A stretch of DNA of 64,000 bases from the human T2T-CHM13v2.0 reference genome, Homo sapiens, in the NCBI RefSeq assembly GCF_009914755.1, contig NC_060934.1, one strand, 5' to 3'. Below are positions 1 through 14,645 of the stretch, one piece after another. The stretch's first letter is position 1; every line of letters begins with the position of its first letter. Under the pieces are notes generated by a model. It was not told the DNA's origin, searched no databases, and saw nothing but the letters and a program-made list of their open reading frames with translations. The position numbers were made by a program, and so were the translations under genes.

Positions 1-257
1 TGTAGGGAACCCTGCTAAGGACATGGAGCTTCAAAGGGCTCACAAGAAATTTATCACACATATGTGTGCACATGCATATGGCACACACACTCAACTTTGT
101 AACATGTAGTAGACCACATCTAGAATAATATAAAATTTCTATCGCAAACAATCAGCTCTTGACCCTCCAAGCCCATGGCTGAGTTAAAGATGATATGGCA
201 TCCCTGTAAAGATCAGAAGGAAAATAGTAGAGAAGAACCCAGAGTTTCCCTCTAAAC

Positions 258-488
258 CAGGGTGTGTTTCTTTTTTTTTCTTTCTTTTTTTTTTTTTTTT
301 TTTTTTTTTAGCATGTGTTTCGAAACCTTGGCTTTACAACAGAATCACCTGGTGGGCTTTTAAAAATGTCAACACTCAGACCACACCTAAGACCAATTAC
401 ATCAGAATTTCTAGGGAAGCGAACCAGGGAATTATTTTTTCAAGTACCCCTGGTGCTTCCACCATGCAGCCAAGGCTGAGAACCACTG
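258..488. mobile_element. MER5A-like hAT-Charlie MITE, interrupted near its left end by a poly(T) insert
   Basis: Body 'aaccttggc...agaatcacctgg...atgcagccaaggctgagaaccactg'; 8-bp hAT-type TSD ctctaaac (250-257) / ctctagat (489-496). Confidence 0.8.
271..309. repeat. T-rich tract
   Basis: Near-pure T run flanked by tgtgtttc at 263-270 and 314-321. Confidence 0.95.
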
Positions 489-683
489 CTCTAGATTCTT
501 CCTCCCCTTGAGCCCTACTATGTGCCGGCGTTATATGGGGCAATGTCTTTTCCTTCAATTTATTGATGTAAAATGTTATCCACTTTACATGGCCAAGCCT
601 ACACCCTGGAAGGGAAGCAATTTTATAAGCCCTCATTATTTACTCTATATGGTCGGGGCACTAGGAAAATAAGAAAAAAAATG

Positions 684-704
684 TTTTTTTTTTTTTTTTT
701 TTTT
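684..704. repeat. poly(T) homopolymer
   Basis: Run of about 21 T. Confidence 0.95.
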
Positions 705-1354
705 GCACTCACTTGCTTAAGCTATCCCCTTAATACCTAAAGGGAAGCCTTTAGTATAATTTTTTATAAGAACAGTGACAGTAAGACTATTTGGGAACTG
801 AAGCCATTCCATAGATGAACTCTACAAAGTTTAATGTACACACTTCAATTTACATGCGATGAGATAAAATTGTTAATGTTTGGAGGTTCGCAGCTTTCTC
901 CCTCCATCTTTGCCCACTAAGCTCCTTATTTCTCCTTCACTTTCTATTAATAAAAGGGAAAAAGTCAGATGCTCGTGAACAATTAGCATAGAACCAACCC
1001 TCAATCTCCAGGGTGCTTCTTGGAGCTGGGGATATGATTCATCTAGAGCCTGTGTAGACTTACACATGGCCCAGAGAAGAGAAGGGATCAAGGGACCAAG
1101 GGGGCAGAGACATGGCAGAAGAAATAGAAGCCCAAAGGAATATAGGGGTGCTAAAGATAGAAGCAGACAAGAGATTTTAATGAATTTCTAAGGACTAAGT
1201 GTTTGGACTCATTTACATGTTTTTGAGAGTGCGAAGTGTAAAGACTAAACCTGCTGTGTAGGCCATGCTACTGAACTCTAACCACCCTCTGGACAGGATG
1301 GCAGGGTCATGCCTTTATGTGAGTTGCATGAATGCACTGAGTGGGCAGGTCCAC

Positions 1355-1473
1355 CACTGGAGCACTCAAAATGTGGCTAGTACAACAGAGGTACTGCATT
1401 TTCACATTTTGTTGGTTTTAGCTAATTTAAATAGGCAAATGTGGCTAGTGGCTACCCATACTGAACAGTGCAG
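1355..1473. mobile_element. MER3/MER33-like hAT-Charlie fragment
   Basis: 'gagcactcaaaatgtggctagt...atgtggctagtggctacc...gaacagtgcag' resembles the MER3 end. Confidence 0.75.
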
Positions 1474-2329
1474 GCCTACAGTGCTTAATCACAGGACACA
1501 CACCTATCTGTTTATGCATGTATGGACACCTACTTACATAAATGGTTTTGTATTTGCACATAATTATATACCCTCATATCTCAAGAATATACATACAGAC
1601 ACAACTAGACACAATTGCAAAAACAAGACACCTAGTCTTGTGGAAAGATAAAAAGAATAAAAATTAAAATTGGAATTATTGCATGGGTCCATGTAGGGAG
1701 ATTTGACACAAGAAGAATTGGAGCAAAAAGCACATGGGTGTGTTGGACAACAGGATGAATTTGGGATGATGCTTTGATAACAAAAAATGAAGGAAAGAAA
1801 ATCCTGTGAGACCACCAGTGGTTTAGGAATACAAGCAGCTTTGTTTCCCTTGATCTTTTAATCTTTCAGCAAAAGACCTTTACAAATGACATACATCCTT
1901 CAAAGGTGGACTTGACTGTCAAGGATTGCCCTGATAACTGGGAAGAACTCCAAAGGGCATAGATAGAAAAGGGAAGAAAGCACTTCTTAACAAGGATGAC
2001 CAAATTCTCTAAATGATATTCATTCACCAAAAACATTTTAGGCACTCTTGTTTCCAGGAGAAGTATTTATTCCAAAGTTATTAAAACTGTATGAGATGGA
2101 CTAGATGAATTTCCAGTTGTCAGAATTATTAGTTTACCTAAAAGTTATACCAATTCATGGACTATAATATTAACTTTTTCCCTATTGAACAGGTAACTGA
2201 ATTCTACCCATATGAACTAAACAATAATTCCTCCACCCAGAAGTGGTATAATTGTTGCCAGCTAGAAATATTATGATTTGCTTTCCAGTTCTCATATTAT
2301 CCATCTCAGTCTCTTGATGTATACCGTTT

Positions 2330-2798
2330 ACTAATGCTTGCCTTGCAGGTCTTTCAATATGCTGTGCTCCTGCCTGCCTCTTAGTCTTTGCCCATGCTGT
2401 CCCCTGTACATGAAACGCTCTTCCCAAACTCTTACTGAGTTAACTTCTGCAGATCTTCCAGGTCTCATCTTACCATCCTTAGGAATGTCATCTCCAACCT
2501 ACCCTACCTGTCCCAGATTAGATCAGTCCTTCCTGTTTTATGTTTTCATAATACCCTGTTCTTCTCTTTCATAGCCCTTTTTTACAGTTATAATTACTGA
2601 ATTATTTGTGTCTTTATTATTTAATTTTATTATTTAAGTTTATCTCACTCTCTGGATTGTGAACCCCATGAATACTTTGGTTCAGATATTGTAATCTGCC
2701 TTATTCATCACAGTACTATGTCCCCAGGATGTAATACAAAACTCAGCCAATAGTTGATGCTCAATAAATACCAATTAAATGTTCAATAAATGAATAAA
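2330..2798 (+). mobile_element. L2 3' end
   Basis: Ends in 'gctcaataaata...aataaatgaataaa', the typical L2 tail. Confidence 0.7.
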
Positions 2799-4169
2799 CG
2801 TTTCACTCTAGCTTTATTTATCTAATTCCTCCCTTTCTTCCATTTTTCTGTATCATAAGCTATACTATTATACAGTCCTACACAATGGTAAACAACTAAA
2901 AAAACTCCTAAGCCCTGTACACAGTTGATTAACTCTGATATTCCTCGTTCAGTTCCCCTTAAGATCTGATAGACCATCTGGTGGTATATCATTTAAGTCA
3001 CGGCAGCTATAAACATGTTAAGGCCCAGCATGAACCTGGTCTGACATCCAGCCAGTCTTCTGGCTGTCACAGAAATGCCTCCATCCATTTTAGAAATGTG
3101 CTTACTACAGAAATACGATGCTAAGCTTGCTGTATTTATGAGACACTGAATTTTCAGGATGCCTTCAATCAATAGAAAATAGACATTATATTCTTACCTG
3201 AAGGCAATAGTAATATGACTGGCTGTAAATTAGGGAGTGAGGGAAATAAGAAGGCTCTCAGATGATTATTTTAATATAGAGATGTGCTAGCTTACCTTAA
3301 AGAGCATGGCTCACAGAACAGTAGACTTGATTGTAATGAGAATGACAGAAAAATGTAAAATATATGTTGGTCCAAAGGGGATTGATCAGTGATGCAGACA
3401 CAAAAAGGAAGAAACAAACACCAGCAGAGGAGGTCACAGGCAACAGAACTTGAGGGACTGTGGTCACATTGGCAACACTTTTTCTTCCCTAATGAGTGAA
3501 TTGATCACTACCTGTGTCTATGGAGGTTTAACATCCATTTTGTCTAACCCCCTGCTTTGACTCTATGCTCACCAAGCTACCTTTGATTATAATTCAGTTT
3601 CTCACATGCATCTGTCTACTGGGAGAGGGAATGTTCAGCTTGCCAATGTGCACTTCCCTGTTGGCATCACTATTTTGTTTCTGATTGGGAAGACATGCAC
3701 TGGTACATCAGTCTTGGAAACTTGGTTAACCTGAGTTCTCCCCTGAGTGGTTCACCTCGCTAGGTGGACAGCAAGAGTCAGGTGTCAAAGCATGTACAGC
3801 TGAGGCCAGCCAGAAGCCAGAGCCTCCCCTACAGAAGGCTGCCCTGGCAAGCTTCCAAGAATTTTTTGCCCTCCAGATGCTCCAGACAACATTCCAAATC
3901 TTGCTCTACACTACTTCTTTTCCAAATTTAAAATGGAGATCGGGGGAAAGTGAAATGTCTGTTAGGAACAGCCACAGACTCCTAGAGGTCTTTTTGAAGA
4001 CTTCAGTGATGAGACTTGAAATCCTAGTCACATGCCATGATATAAACGAATGGCTCAGGAAAGACAATGCAAACTGGGAGGTGGCCAGGAAGGAAAAGGG
4101 TGGAAGGAAAGAAAGAGGGGCTGATATCCTTATCTCAGAAACTGAGGAGACAGTAGACACTGTCTCAAA

Positions 4170-4530
4170 GACATGAAAATAAACACAGAGAATATAACTA
4201 AGGTACAAATAAAATCAAAGTAACTAAAAATAGTCATAGTGATTACATTGGAAAGATGAGGAAAGTGGAGGTGCAAGTGTGTCACATTCAGCTCTATCAT
4301 AGCAGGGCATCATTAGATAATGCTGGCAGCTGATAAATCAAGAAATGTAAGTAGAAGTATGTCATTTAGAGATCTCAGGACAACTAGCAGAAGACATAGC
4401 TTAAAAAATTACAAGTGGTTACCTTTAGAAGTATGACTTAGAAGGTTTGGGGAAAAAGAGATTTTTTGTAAGTCATTTATTATTATTATTATTATTATTT
4501 CTTTATTATTTGATGTTTGGTCATCTGCAT
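4170..4530 (+). mobile_element. HAL1/old L1M 3' fragment
   Basis: 'tgataaatcaagaaat...atttagagat...aagtggttacct' resembles the HAL1 3' region as I recall it. Confidence 0.5.
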
Positions 4531-4535
4531 TTTGA

Positions 4536-5320
<785 letters not shown>

Positions 5321-5802
5321 ATGAAGACTCATTGATATGTTTTTTTTTAATTACAGATAAGTGAAGTTAAAAAACACTCTCCTAATTTATTACTAAATAA
5401 AAAGTCGTGTTTTCTTGTTTTAACACGTAAATATCTACATGCTAAGTATTTTTCATGACACAATAGGAGAACTTCCTATAGTTGCCCTTGGAGGTTCCTT
5501 TAACAGGGTTGTTTTCAATGATCGTCCATCTACCAATGATTACAACATTGTCTTCAATGACAGTCCATCTACCAGTGATTACAACTAAGAATGGGTTTGA
5601 AGAGTTGAGCAGCTCCTTGGATATCCCAGCTTCCGCTCTTGACTTTGAATCATAGCTATTTGTGTCCCTTTTGTTCCCATATCAGCAGCTCCCAAAACTG
5701 GCTGATCATTAGAATCACATGCAAGAGCTTTTCATGAAAATAGACTCCTGGGCCTCACCCCCGAGAAGATTCTTAATATTTTGGTTTGAGATGGGATCCA
5801 GG

Positions 5803-7132
5803 CAGTGGCATGCCAAGGGCAGAGATGATGGGAGCAGTACACACAGGTGCAGGCAATAAGTGGGTGCATTCTCTGAGAATTTAAAGAACAATCATAGAAC
5901 CAATTGAAATCAGTCTGCTTTTTATTACCACTATGTGCTAGCAGTACTAAATGATATCAGTGATGAAATACCTCTCCCCTCCCCTGCCGAAAACTGTGTG
6001 TGTTTTTTTATTTTCTTTGAGACGGTAACTCTGTGTCACCCAGGCTGGAGTGCAGTGGTACAATTATGGCTCACTGCAGCCTCCATCTCCTGGACTCAAG
6101 TGATTCTCCCAACTCAGACTCCTGAGTAGTGTAGCTGGGACTACAGTCATGCACCACCACCCCTGGCTGATTTTTCTTTCTTTTTTTTTTTTTTTTTGTA
6201 GAAACAGGATCCCTCTATGTTACCCAGGCTGGTCTCATTCTCCTGGGCTCAAAAGATCCTCCTGCCTCGGCCTCCCAAAGCACTAGGATTACAGACCTAA
6301 GCCACCACACCCAGCTCTGAAAATCTTTTCTTTTTTTTTTTTTTTGTGGGGAGTCTACATTCTAAGCTGCTACTGTTGAGTTTAAGTAATACGTATGCAA
6401 GTTTTAAATTGCATATCATTATCACTTATCCTTTCATAAACATTATATTTAACATGGAATTAATTTGAGGAAATTCCAGTATTATATATGTTTAATATAT
6501 ACAGTCAGCCACATGGTCTCACCTACACATGTTCATTTGAAGAGAAGGTTTTTAATGGTTGGGAGTTTGATTTGCTTTGGGTTTAATTTGTGTCCTCAAC
6601 ATCTGTGGTACAACATTTTCTTGCATTCAAACAGTAGGTTCTAAATAAACAAGAATAACAAGTGGTAATAGTCTCAGTCTTATTACAGACTAAGAAACAG
6701 AACTTGAGTTACTTCAATTCTGTTATTCTGTGTAATTATCTGGAGGTTTTATTTGTGTTTCAAATTTAAAATAACAAAATAAGGCATAAATTATGGGTAC
6801 GTTATATTTTGGAAAGAATGAATTTTATTTCATACATGAACTATTTTATCGAATAATATTTCTACGTAAAAGTTGTTCTCTCATTTTTATTTTAATTATT
6901 TATAAACTAAAAATGAGTTAAGGAAATGTTATTTCATATATAACATTACTTATGTTGTTTTTATTATATGTACATGGTGTATAACACATACACACATTAG
7001 ATATAACATTTATATGTCTTTATATAACATATTTAGTGGTTACTGATGATTGCATAATTACTATTAAATAATTTTGTCACATAGAGGAAAAAAGTGTTTA
7101 TCTGCTCCAAGTGTCAAATGTACTAAGTACTA
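5803..7132 (+). mobile_element. Arthur1/MER69-like hAT-Tip100 non-autonomous element containing an AluJ
   Basis: 5' 'cagtggcatgccaagggc...ggtgcaggcaataag...gagaatttaaa'; 3' 'tctgctccaagtgtcaaatgtactaagtac'. Confidence 0.7.
6003..6316 (-). mobile_element. AluJ
   Basis: Dimeric Alu with J-type 'cactgcagcctc' and 'ctcctgggctcaa'. Confidence 0.9.
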
Positions 7133-7158
7133 GGGGTCTTTATCTTTTTAAAAATTCA

Positions 7159-7865
<707 letters not shown>

Positions 7866-7962
7866 CTACACCTACTCTTCCCCCAGTTTTCACCACATTA
7901 GTTCTACTAAGGTCCCTGGTACAGGTGAAGAAGTGGTAATCAGAACCCCTGTTGCTTCTAGG

Positions 7963-8140
7963 CAATGGTGTGCTGGTAAATACTTAACAATGAGCTCTCT
8001 GGGGGATTTACACATTTACTGATTTTCATAGTGTAAATATTCCCAATGTGTTGATTTCCAACCACCAATGAGATGTCAGTCTGTTTGGGAAGTTCCAGAT
8101 AATTTAACAGTTAGGTCTCCATGCTGGTGCAAGTCCCCAG
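7963..8140. mobile_element. MER63-like hAT-Blackjack fragment
   Basis: Terminus 'caatggtgtgctggtaaatacttaacaa'. Confidence 0.6.
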
Positions 8141-8629
8141 TGTTCCAGGGATTCCTAAGACTTTCTGCTAGACGAATAATGGAGTCCCCTATGGAAGAGT
8201 TTTGCTCATTTTTTTTCTAACTAAAGTTCAGTTTTCTGGATTATTTCTCGAATTTGTGAGCTCATCTTTAAAAATTAGACCACCCTTATACACATTCTCC
8301 CTACAAGGTTCGGGAATAACAACCTCCATGTTTCTTTCTTTATCCACATTCTAGGACACACTCCAGCCCTATATCCAGGAGTGTTTTCAAATGAGAAGTT
8401 GACTTTCTAGCAATCTGTGTGTAAACACCCACCTACAAAGTCTTCTTTCTCCCCTTAAGTTTGTTGGAGGAATGTACCTGAGAGAATTTATGCTGCTTCC
8501 TCTGTCTCCAGCCAACCTGTTCCTCCATATAATTCCACTGTCTTTCTTCATTCTTTCTTCTCAGAAGGAGCTACTAAGGGATGAGGAAAGTTCCTATCCT
8601 GACTTTGGTATCTCACTTACTGGTTAGAA

Positions 8630-8812
8630 GCTGAGACCTGGGTTCAAGTCCCAGCTCTTACCACTTACAGGATGTGAGACTGTCTATGCTCTCTGAGCCT
8701 CTGGAATAGTTGCTCCTTTATAGGGTTGTTGTGAGATTTAAATGATATAATATGAGCAAAGTGCATTGCCTGTGCCCGAAACATAGTTAGCCTCAGCATA
8801 TGCTATTATTAT
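8630..8812 (+). mobile_element. MIR
   Basis: 'gacctggggttcaagtcccagctct...tagggttgttgtgagatttaaatga'. Confidence 0.8.
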
Positions 8813-9699
8813 TCTAATTCCCCTGATAAGTATTAATGGTATTACTCCCTTAGACTTTTCAGTTACTGTGGAAATGAATAGCTGAGGTGCTGACGAGGTG
8901 CTGATGAGGCCTAGATACATACTCCACTGGACCCAAAACAATTGAAGGATCTTTTAATACTTCTCAGTCCTTACTCTTATAATTGTTTGCAAAGCATTGT
9001 TTAGAAACAATTCCAATATACAATTTCTCTGTATTACTTTGTATAAACAAAGTCATAATACTAAATTCCTCCTTATTATTAAACTGTTCACATATTGTGC
9101 TTTGTGGAATCACAGGATCCATGCCTTATTTATCAGTGAGCCCTTTCACAGCACTTAGCAGGGTACCTGGTATGAAGTGGATATTCAGTAAATATTTGAT
9201 TGACTATGTTCTTTATAGAAAAGGTTTGCACTCTACTTTGTTTTCTTGCTTTCTTGTTGCAAATCTGTAATACTTACCTATTCTTGATTGCCATGGACTA
9301 AGAACTGTGGACAAAGCAAAGCAACACCTGCCCCCATCAACAGGAATGTACGCTATTTATATCAATACAAAGTGCACACATATAGGGATATATTCAGTTA
9401 ATAAAAGTGATTAATGGCAACAATTCCTGGACAATGCCCTAGAATAAAGAATATAGCTTTATCAAAATGATAAGAATGAATTCAGGATCCTCAGACCTGT
9501 TGCATCTCTCTGTGCCTTTGTGAGAAACTAAGCAGCCCACAAAGGGCACTTTGGGAGTTGACCTAAGATGTATGCATGACTAATTGTTCAACATCTGCCT
9601 GCCTCCAGACAGATCTTCCCATACTGTTCTTATAGTGGAGTCAGGAAGAAGGAAACCTAAAGAAATCCCAGACCCTTTGTACCAGCTGCATGGCTGTGG

Positions 9700-10860
9700 C
9701 TAGACATGAGTGACAGTACATGCTGAATGATATGTAGGGGATGAAAGACAGGGAGGACCATAGATGGAGCCAGGTGTCTGACTGAACCATGGGATGGATA
9801 CAGTTGACTGAATTGGACAATTCTAGGGGGAGAAACAAACTTCAGAAGAAAGAACATTGTCTAGTTTTAGAAACATCAATTTTGAGATGCTTATAAGTTA
9901 GCAAAGTGCAGTTGTCAGGGAGGAAATTGGATATCGGACATAAGAGACCAGAACCCTAAAGAGAAGTCTTAGCTAAATACGTAAGTCGAGGGGTCATCAA
10001 CATAGAGATGCCATTTGAAAACATAAGAGCAGATAAATTTGCCTGGGTAGGGAAATGAGAAACTCCCATTTAGAAAAGGCAGAGAGAAGAGTGAAAGCCT
10101 GCAAAGAAACAGATATGGACAGGACAGAGAAGCGGGAGAAGGACCAAAAGAAAGTGGAGTCACAGACACCAAAAGAGGAGCACTGGAAGAGGAAGGTTGT
10201 CCGGGCTGGCTTCCTCAGGAAGCAGACTCTGAGACAAGTTTGGTGTCCCAGGATCCTTATTCAGGGGTGTCTTTGGGTTCAACATCATGGAAAGGAAGGG
10301 AAGAAGACAGGCGTGGGTAGAAAGAGAAGTTGAGCTGCGATGCAGAACTAAAGGCACCTTGGCCCACCTACAGGTTGTCTGGAGCTAGAATGGCTGTTCA
10401 GAGATTAGCTGGGGTGGCCAGACCTTTACCCTCCCACACGCAGTTATATTGGATGTAGGCTGCCTGAGAGGAGGGGATGGCTGAGGGGATGTCTGCGGCT
10501 GGGGTCATCCCTAAACAGGTGCACAGCCCTCCTTATCCTCAGTCGCTGAGGCAACAGCCCCTCACCTAAGGGGGATCTGGGTGGTGAGTCACAGTGTCCA
10601 GCCAGACAGCAAGTCATCAGCAGTGCTGAGGTTCAGGTACATTGAGAGTGTGAAGACATACGTTGCTCTTGACAATCTAGTTTGGTGGCATTATTGGCTA
10701 GAACTCGGTTTCAGAGGGTTTCAGGAGTCCTGGAAGTGAGGGAATGCAGAAGGGTGTGACCATTTTTGCATTTGAAGGGGAGCTCATAAATGGGGTAGAG
10801 ACTAGAGAATGGAATATGGGATAAAGGAAGTGTTTTTGTGTTGTTGTTTTAATATGGAAG
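9700..10860 (-). mobile_element. L2 fragments interrupted by an LTR
   Basis: Purine-rich antisense L2 motifs such as 'agttttagaaacatcaattttgagatg'. Confidence 0.55.
10198..10603 (-). mobile_element. ERVL-class solo LTR (LTR16/LTR33-like)
   Basis: Begins 'tgtccgggctggcttcctcaggaagcagactctgagac'. Confidence 0.55.
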
Positions 10861-10996
10861 AACTTCCCCTCCCTGTGACCGAATTGCCTTTCCACACTTG
10901 GATTCCATGAGATACTCCCACATCCTTAAAATAATTACCCTTTCTAGGCTTAGGCTATGTGAAGGTGGTTTCTTATTACTTGCAACAAAAATGTCT

Positions 10997-11605
10997 CTAT
11001 CAGTCAGGATATGATCAGAGAAGCAGTCTACTATGAGTGCTGTAGGATAAGGGATTTATTATAGGATTTAGATCTTACACAATAGTGGGATGTGTGAAGT
11101 CTATGTAAGGCTGTTGCCTCTGCTTCTGACGTTGGACCTAAGCCACTATAGATCAGCCAGGCTGGCAGGAAGGAAAGCTGCACAGGAAATGGGGGAGAGT
11201 AAGGACAAACTAGAACCCATGCAGACAAATGGAACTCATGAGGACAAACTGGAATACACAAGGACAAAACACCTCCAACCTTGGCAGCATGAGTGACCTG
11301 TGGGAGAAGCCAATGCCCTTAGCCATGGTGCTGCACACATGCCTGGCTCGGGCTTCAGAGAAACTGAAGGAGAAAATCCAGTGGGAGATGGAGGAGCTGG
11401 GAGCCTGGATGCTGCCCGTGCCCACAAGGGAGCCAGCAGATCAGTGACAATGTGTGCAAGCTGCCACCAAGCCTGGTGTGGAAATGGCTGCTTCACTTCT
11501 GTCTTCCAAATCTCATCCAAATTTCTCTTGTGGCCAAACCTAATCCCAAATCATATAAAGATGTAATTTTGCTTCTCTAAATGTACACAATAAAAAGCTA
11601 CCACA
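10997..11605 (-). mobile_element. ERVL-class solo LTR (LTR41/LTR52-like)
   Basis: 'tatcagtcagga...atcagagaagcag...ataagggatttattatagga...cttacacaat' resembles this LTR class as I recall it. Confidence 0.5.
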
Positions 11606-11831
11606 GAGTCCCCAAAATAACACGAGGGCTATAATTTCCTTGCAGAGTTATTGTAAAGGACTAGAGATAATGCAAGTAAATCTGACACAGAGACATGCAC
11701 ATAACTGGCTCTCAATAATGGGAGGGGAATGATAATGCTGTTGATGCAAATAATAGAAAAATTTGTTAAAATGTTAACTTATAATTTCTTTTCCTTATAC
11801 TTCCCCTTATCTTTTAAGATTGCCCTAATTG

Positions 11832-12718
11832 AACTCAAACAAATTTACAAGAAAAAAACAAACAACCCCATCAAAAAGTGGGCGAAGGATATGAACAGAC
11901 ACTTCTCAAAAGAAGACATTTATGCAACCAACAGACACATGAAAAAATGCTCATCATCACTGGCCACCAGAGAAATGCAAATCAAAACCACAATGAGATA
12001 CCATCTCACACCAGTTAGAAGGGCCATCATTAAAAAGTCAGGAAACAACAGGTGCTGGAGAGGATGTGGTGAAATAGGAACACTTTTACACTGTTGGTGG
12101 GACTGTAAACTAGTTCAACCATTGTGGAAGTCAGTGTGGCGATTCCTCAGGGATCTAGTACAAGAAATACCATTTGACCCAGCCATCCCATTTCTGGGTA
12201 TATACCCAAAGGATTATAAATCATGCTGCTATAAAGACACATGCACACGTATGTTTATTGTGGCACTATTCACAATAGCAAAGACTTGGAACTAACCCAA
12301 ATGTCCATCAATGATAGACTGCATTAAGAAAATGTGGCACATATACACCATGGAATACTATGCAGCCATAAAAAAGGATGAGTTCATGTCCTTTGTAGGG
12401 ACATGGATGAAGCTGGAAACCATCATTCTCAGCAAACCATCACAAGGACCAAAAACCAAACACCGCATGTTCTTACTCATAGGTGGGAATTGAACAATGA
12501 GAACACATGGACACAGGAAGGGGAATATCACACACCGGGGCCTGTTGTGGGGTGGGGGGAGGGGGGAGGGATAGCATTAGGAGATATACCTAATGCTAAA
12601 TGATGAGTTAATGGGTGCAGCACACCAACATGGCACATGTATACATATGTAACAAACCTGCACGTTGTGCACATGTACCCTAAAACTTAAAGTATAATAA
12701 TAATAAAATTTAAAAAAA
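11832..12718 (+). mobile_element. 5'-truncated L1PA (L1PA4-like): ORF2 C-terminus and 3'UTR
   Basis: ORF2 peptide 'MRYHLTPVR...[18 protein letters not shown]' with an internal stop at 12293-12295; G-rich 3'UTR; A-tail; 16-bp TSD aagattgccctaattg at 11816-11831 and 12719-12734. Confidence 0.97.
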
Positions 12719-12784
12719 AAGATTGCCCTAATTGTCCCCCAATAGGTCCTCCTTAGTACTAGAATTTCCTCCAATACTGTATTT

Positions 12785-13095
12785 CTTTTGAGCTAGGTGT
12801 GGCCTTGTGAACTAGTTCAGTCAATGATTCAAGAATAAAAGTGACACAACAGCTTCTAGATCATCTTGTTAAAGACAAGTTTGCCCTTTCTGCAGGCTGT
12901 GCCACAGACATAAAGGTGACAAAGCTTTGGCCATGAAGATGGGGACATGGCAGAACTAGAAGGTGGAAGGAGCCCTGTGTCCCTGCAGGACCACATGGAG
13001 CAAGAGATGCCTCACTGGCTCAGTGACTGGCTGCTTTTTGAGTCATCTTACGTTTGTGTTTCTTGACACAGTTACTCGGCCTAATACCCTAACTA
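12785..13095 (+). mobile_element. Old MLT1 (MaLR) LTR fragment
   Basis: 'agctaggtgtggccttgtgaactagttc' and 'accacatggagcaagag' MLT1-type motifs. Confidence 0.5.
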
Positions 13096-14535
13096 AAACT
13101 CATGCTATTTTCTTGTATCTAAGGTCTTCTTCTGAAGGCCTAAATCACAAACTGCTTGAAGTCTCCCCTAGACTTTAATACCTAAATTTATTGAAAAGAT
13201 GTTCCTGGGAGAGGAAGAGAGAATAAGAAATGAACTTTGGACAAGAGGAAAGAGAAGGGATTATTTCAGAACCCATAAACAGAGGGGACCCTCTCTCCAC
13301 TCTCTGGCAGAGTCCCACGAATAGTATGTCATAGGGGGAACTACTGCATTGTGCCCCAGGGAAGCTCCAAGCCTCATCGTACAATACCATGTTTGGAGGT
13401 GGTGGGGGCAGAGATGCCAGATGCGAGGGGAGAATTTGAACTGGAACAAAGAAAGGCTTAGCAATAACCAGCCAATCAGTTAACAAAGGGTGCATGCTAA
13501 TGCTCTACCATTGGAAAATCCAGGAACATTTAATCCAATAGCTATCAGTGTGGAGCCTCAATACTAAGTAGGATGGATTTCCCATTTGCCTGGAAGGATG
13601 GAAACACTGAGATAGAATTTACTTTTAAATAAACACAGAAGTATGATATTTCTGGCACTCCAAAGTTTGTGGGTATAGAGTCAATCAAATACATCATCAT
13701 CGTTGTTGTTTTACCCAAGAGTCACACCAGGTTTTGTATCTATACCAGGGTAATCCCTGCCTTGGCCCAGGGACTATCTAAGGCTGAGCTGCAGAGTGAA
13801 GGCATTTGTGTCTCCAGTGAGGAGGACAGGGAAGGCAAGGCAGGAGGCAACCTCATGCTTTCAAATGACTATGGCTCTATATCTGGGTGCCTCTAATGTC
13901 TACCAGGTTATCTTTCTCTCTACCACAGTACTGAGCTTGACAAAATCAAATAGGGGTAGCTTGGGGACAGTGATTACTCAGTGTCCTTCATCTAAAGCTC
14001 CTTGGGAACAGTGAACTCCTGGGTATAAGCATCACAAGAGGATGGGGGTCTTTAGGGCCTTCCTTAGAATTGCAGATGAGCTGTAGCCAAGAAAGACTCT
14101 AGAGATCCTACAGTACCACCAGTCCTTTACCCACATGAGCAAACCAGGACCCAGAGAGAATAGACTTGCCCACATTTACACAGCTGGTTGGAGGCACACA
14201 TGAGACAGGGACCAGTGGTCTGGATTCTCAGACTAGTTTCTAATTTGTTACACATAGGAGGAACCTGGAGAAAATTTTGTCCACTGCTTTCACTGGGGGC
14301 AACTTAAAGGAGGATGAAATGTCCATATTCCTCCTCCATAGTCTTGCCCAAGGTGCCATAAATTCTCAGTATTTATTTCAACACTTGAAGCCTTAAGCCC
14401 ATAAGCTCTTAAATGGACATAAGCAGGAACAAAATTCCACGTGAATGCAGAAGGGCATGTGGAAGACAAAAAAGTGCTGACAGGTGGGCTTCCGGAGGAC
14501 TCATGGGAGAGCTGTCTTCCAGCTGTGTTCCAGCA

Positions 14536-14645
14536 TCTCTCTTTCATTCTCTTCCTCCCTCCCTCTATCCCCTTCCATCCCTCTCTCCTTCCCCCTTTAC
14601 TCCTCCCCTCTGTCCCTTCTCTCCCTTTCTCCCCTCTGTCTCCCT
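14536..14645. repeat. CT-rich low-complexity polypyrimidine tract
   Basis: Seen directly; a second tract lies at about 14936-15010. Confidence 0.9.

Noticed and set aside
11729-12295. 188-aa ORF
   Set aside because: Chance in-frame fusion of flank to a truncated L1 ORF2 C-terminus, ending at a premature stop.
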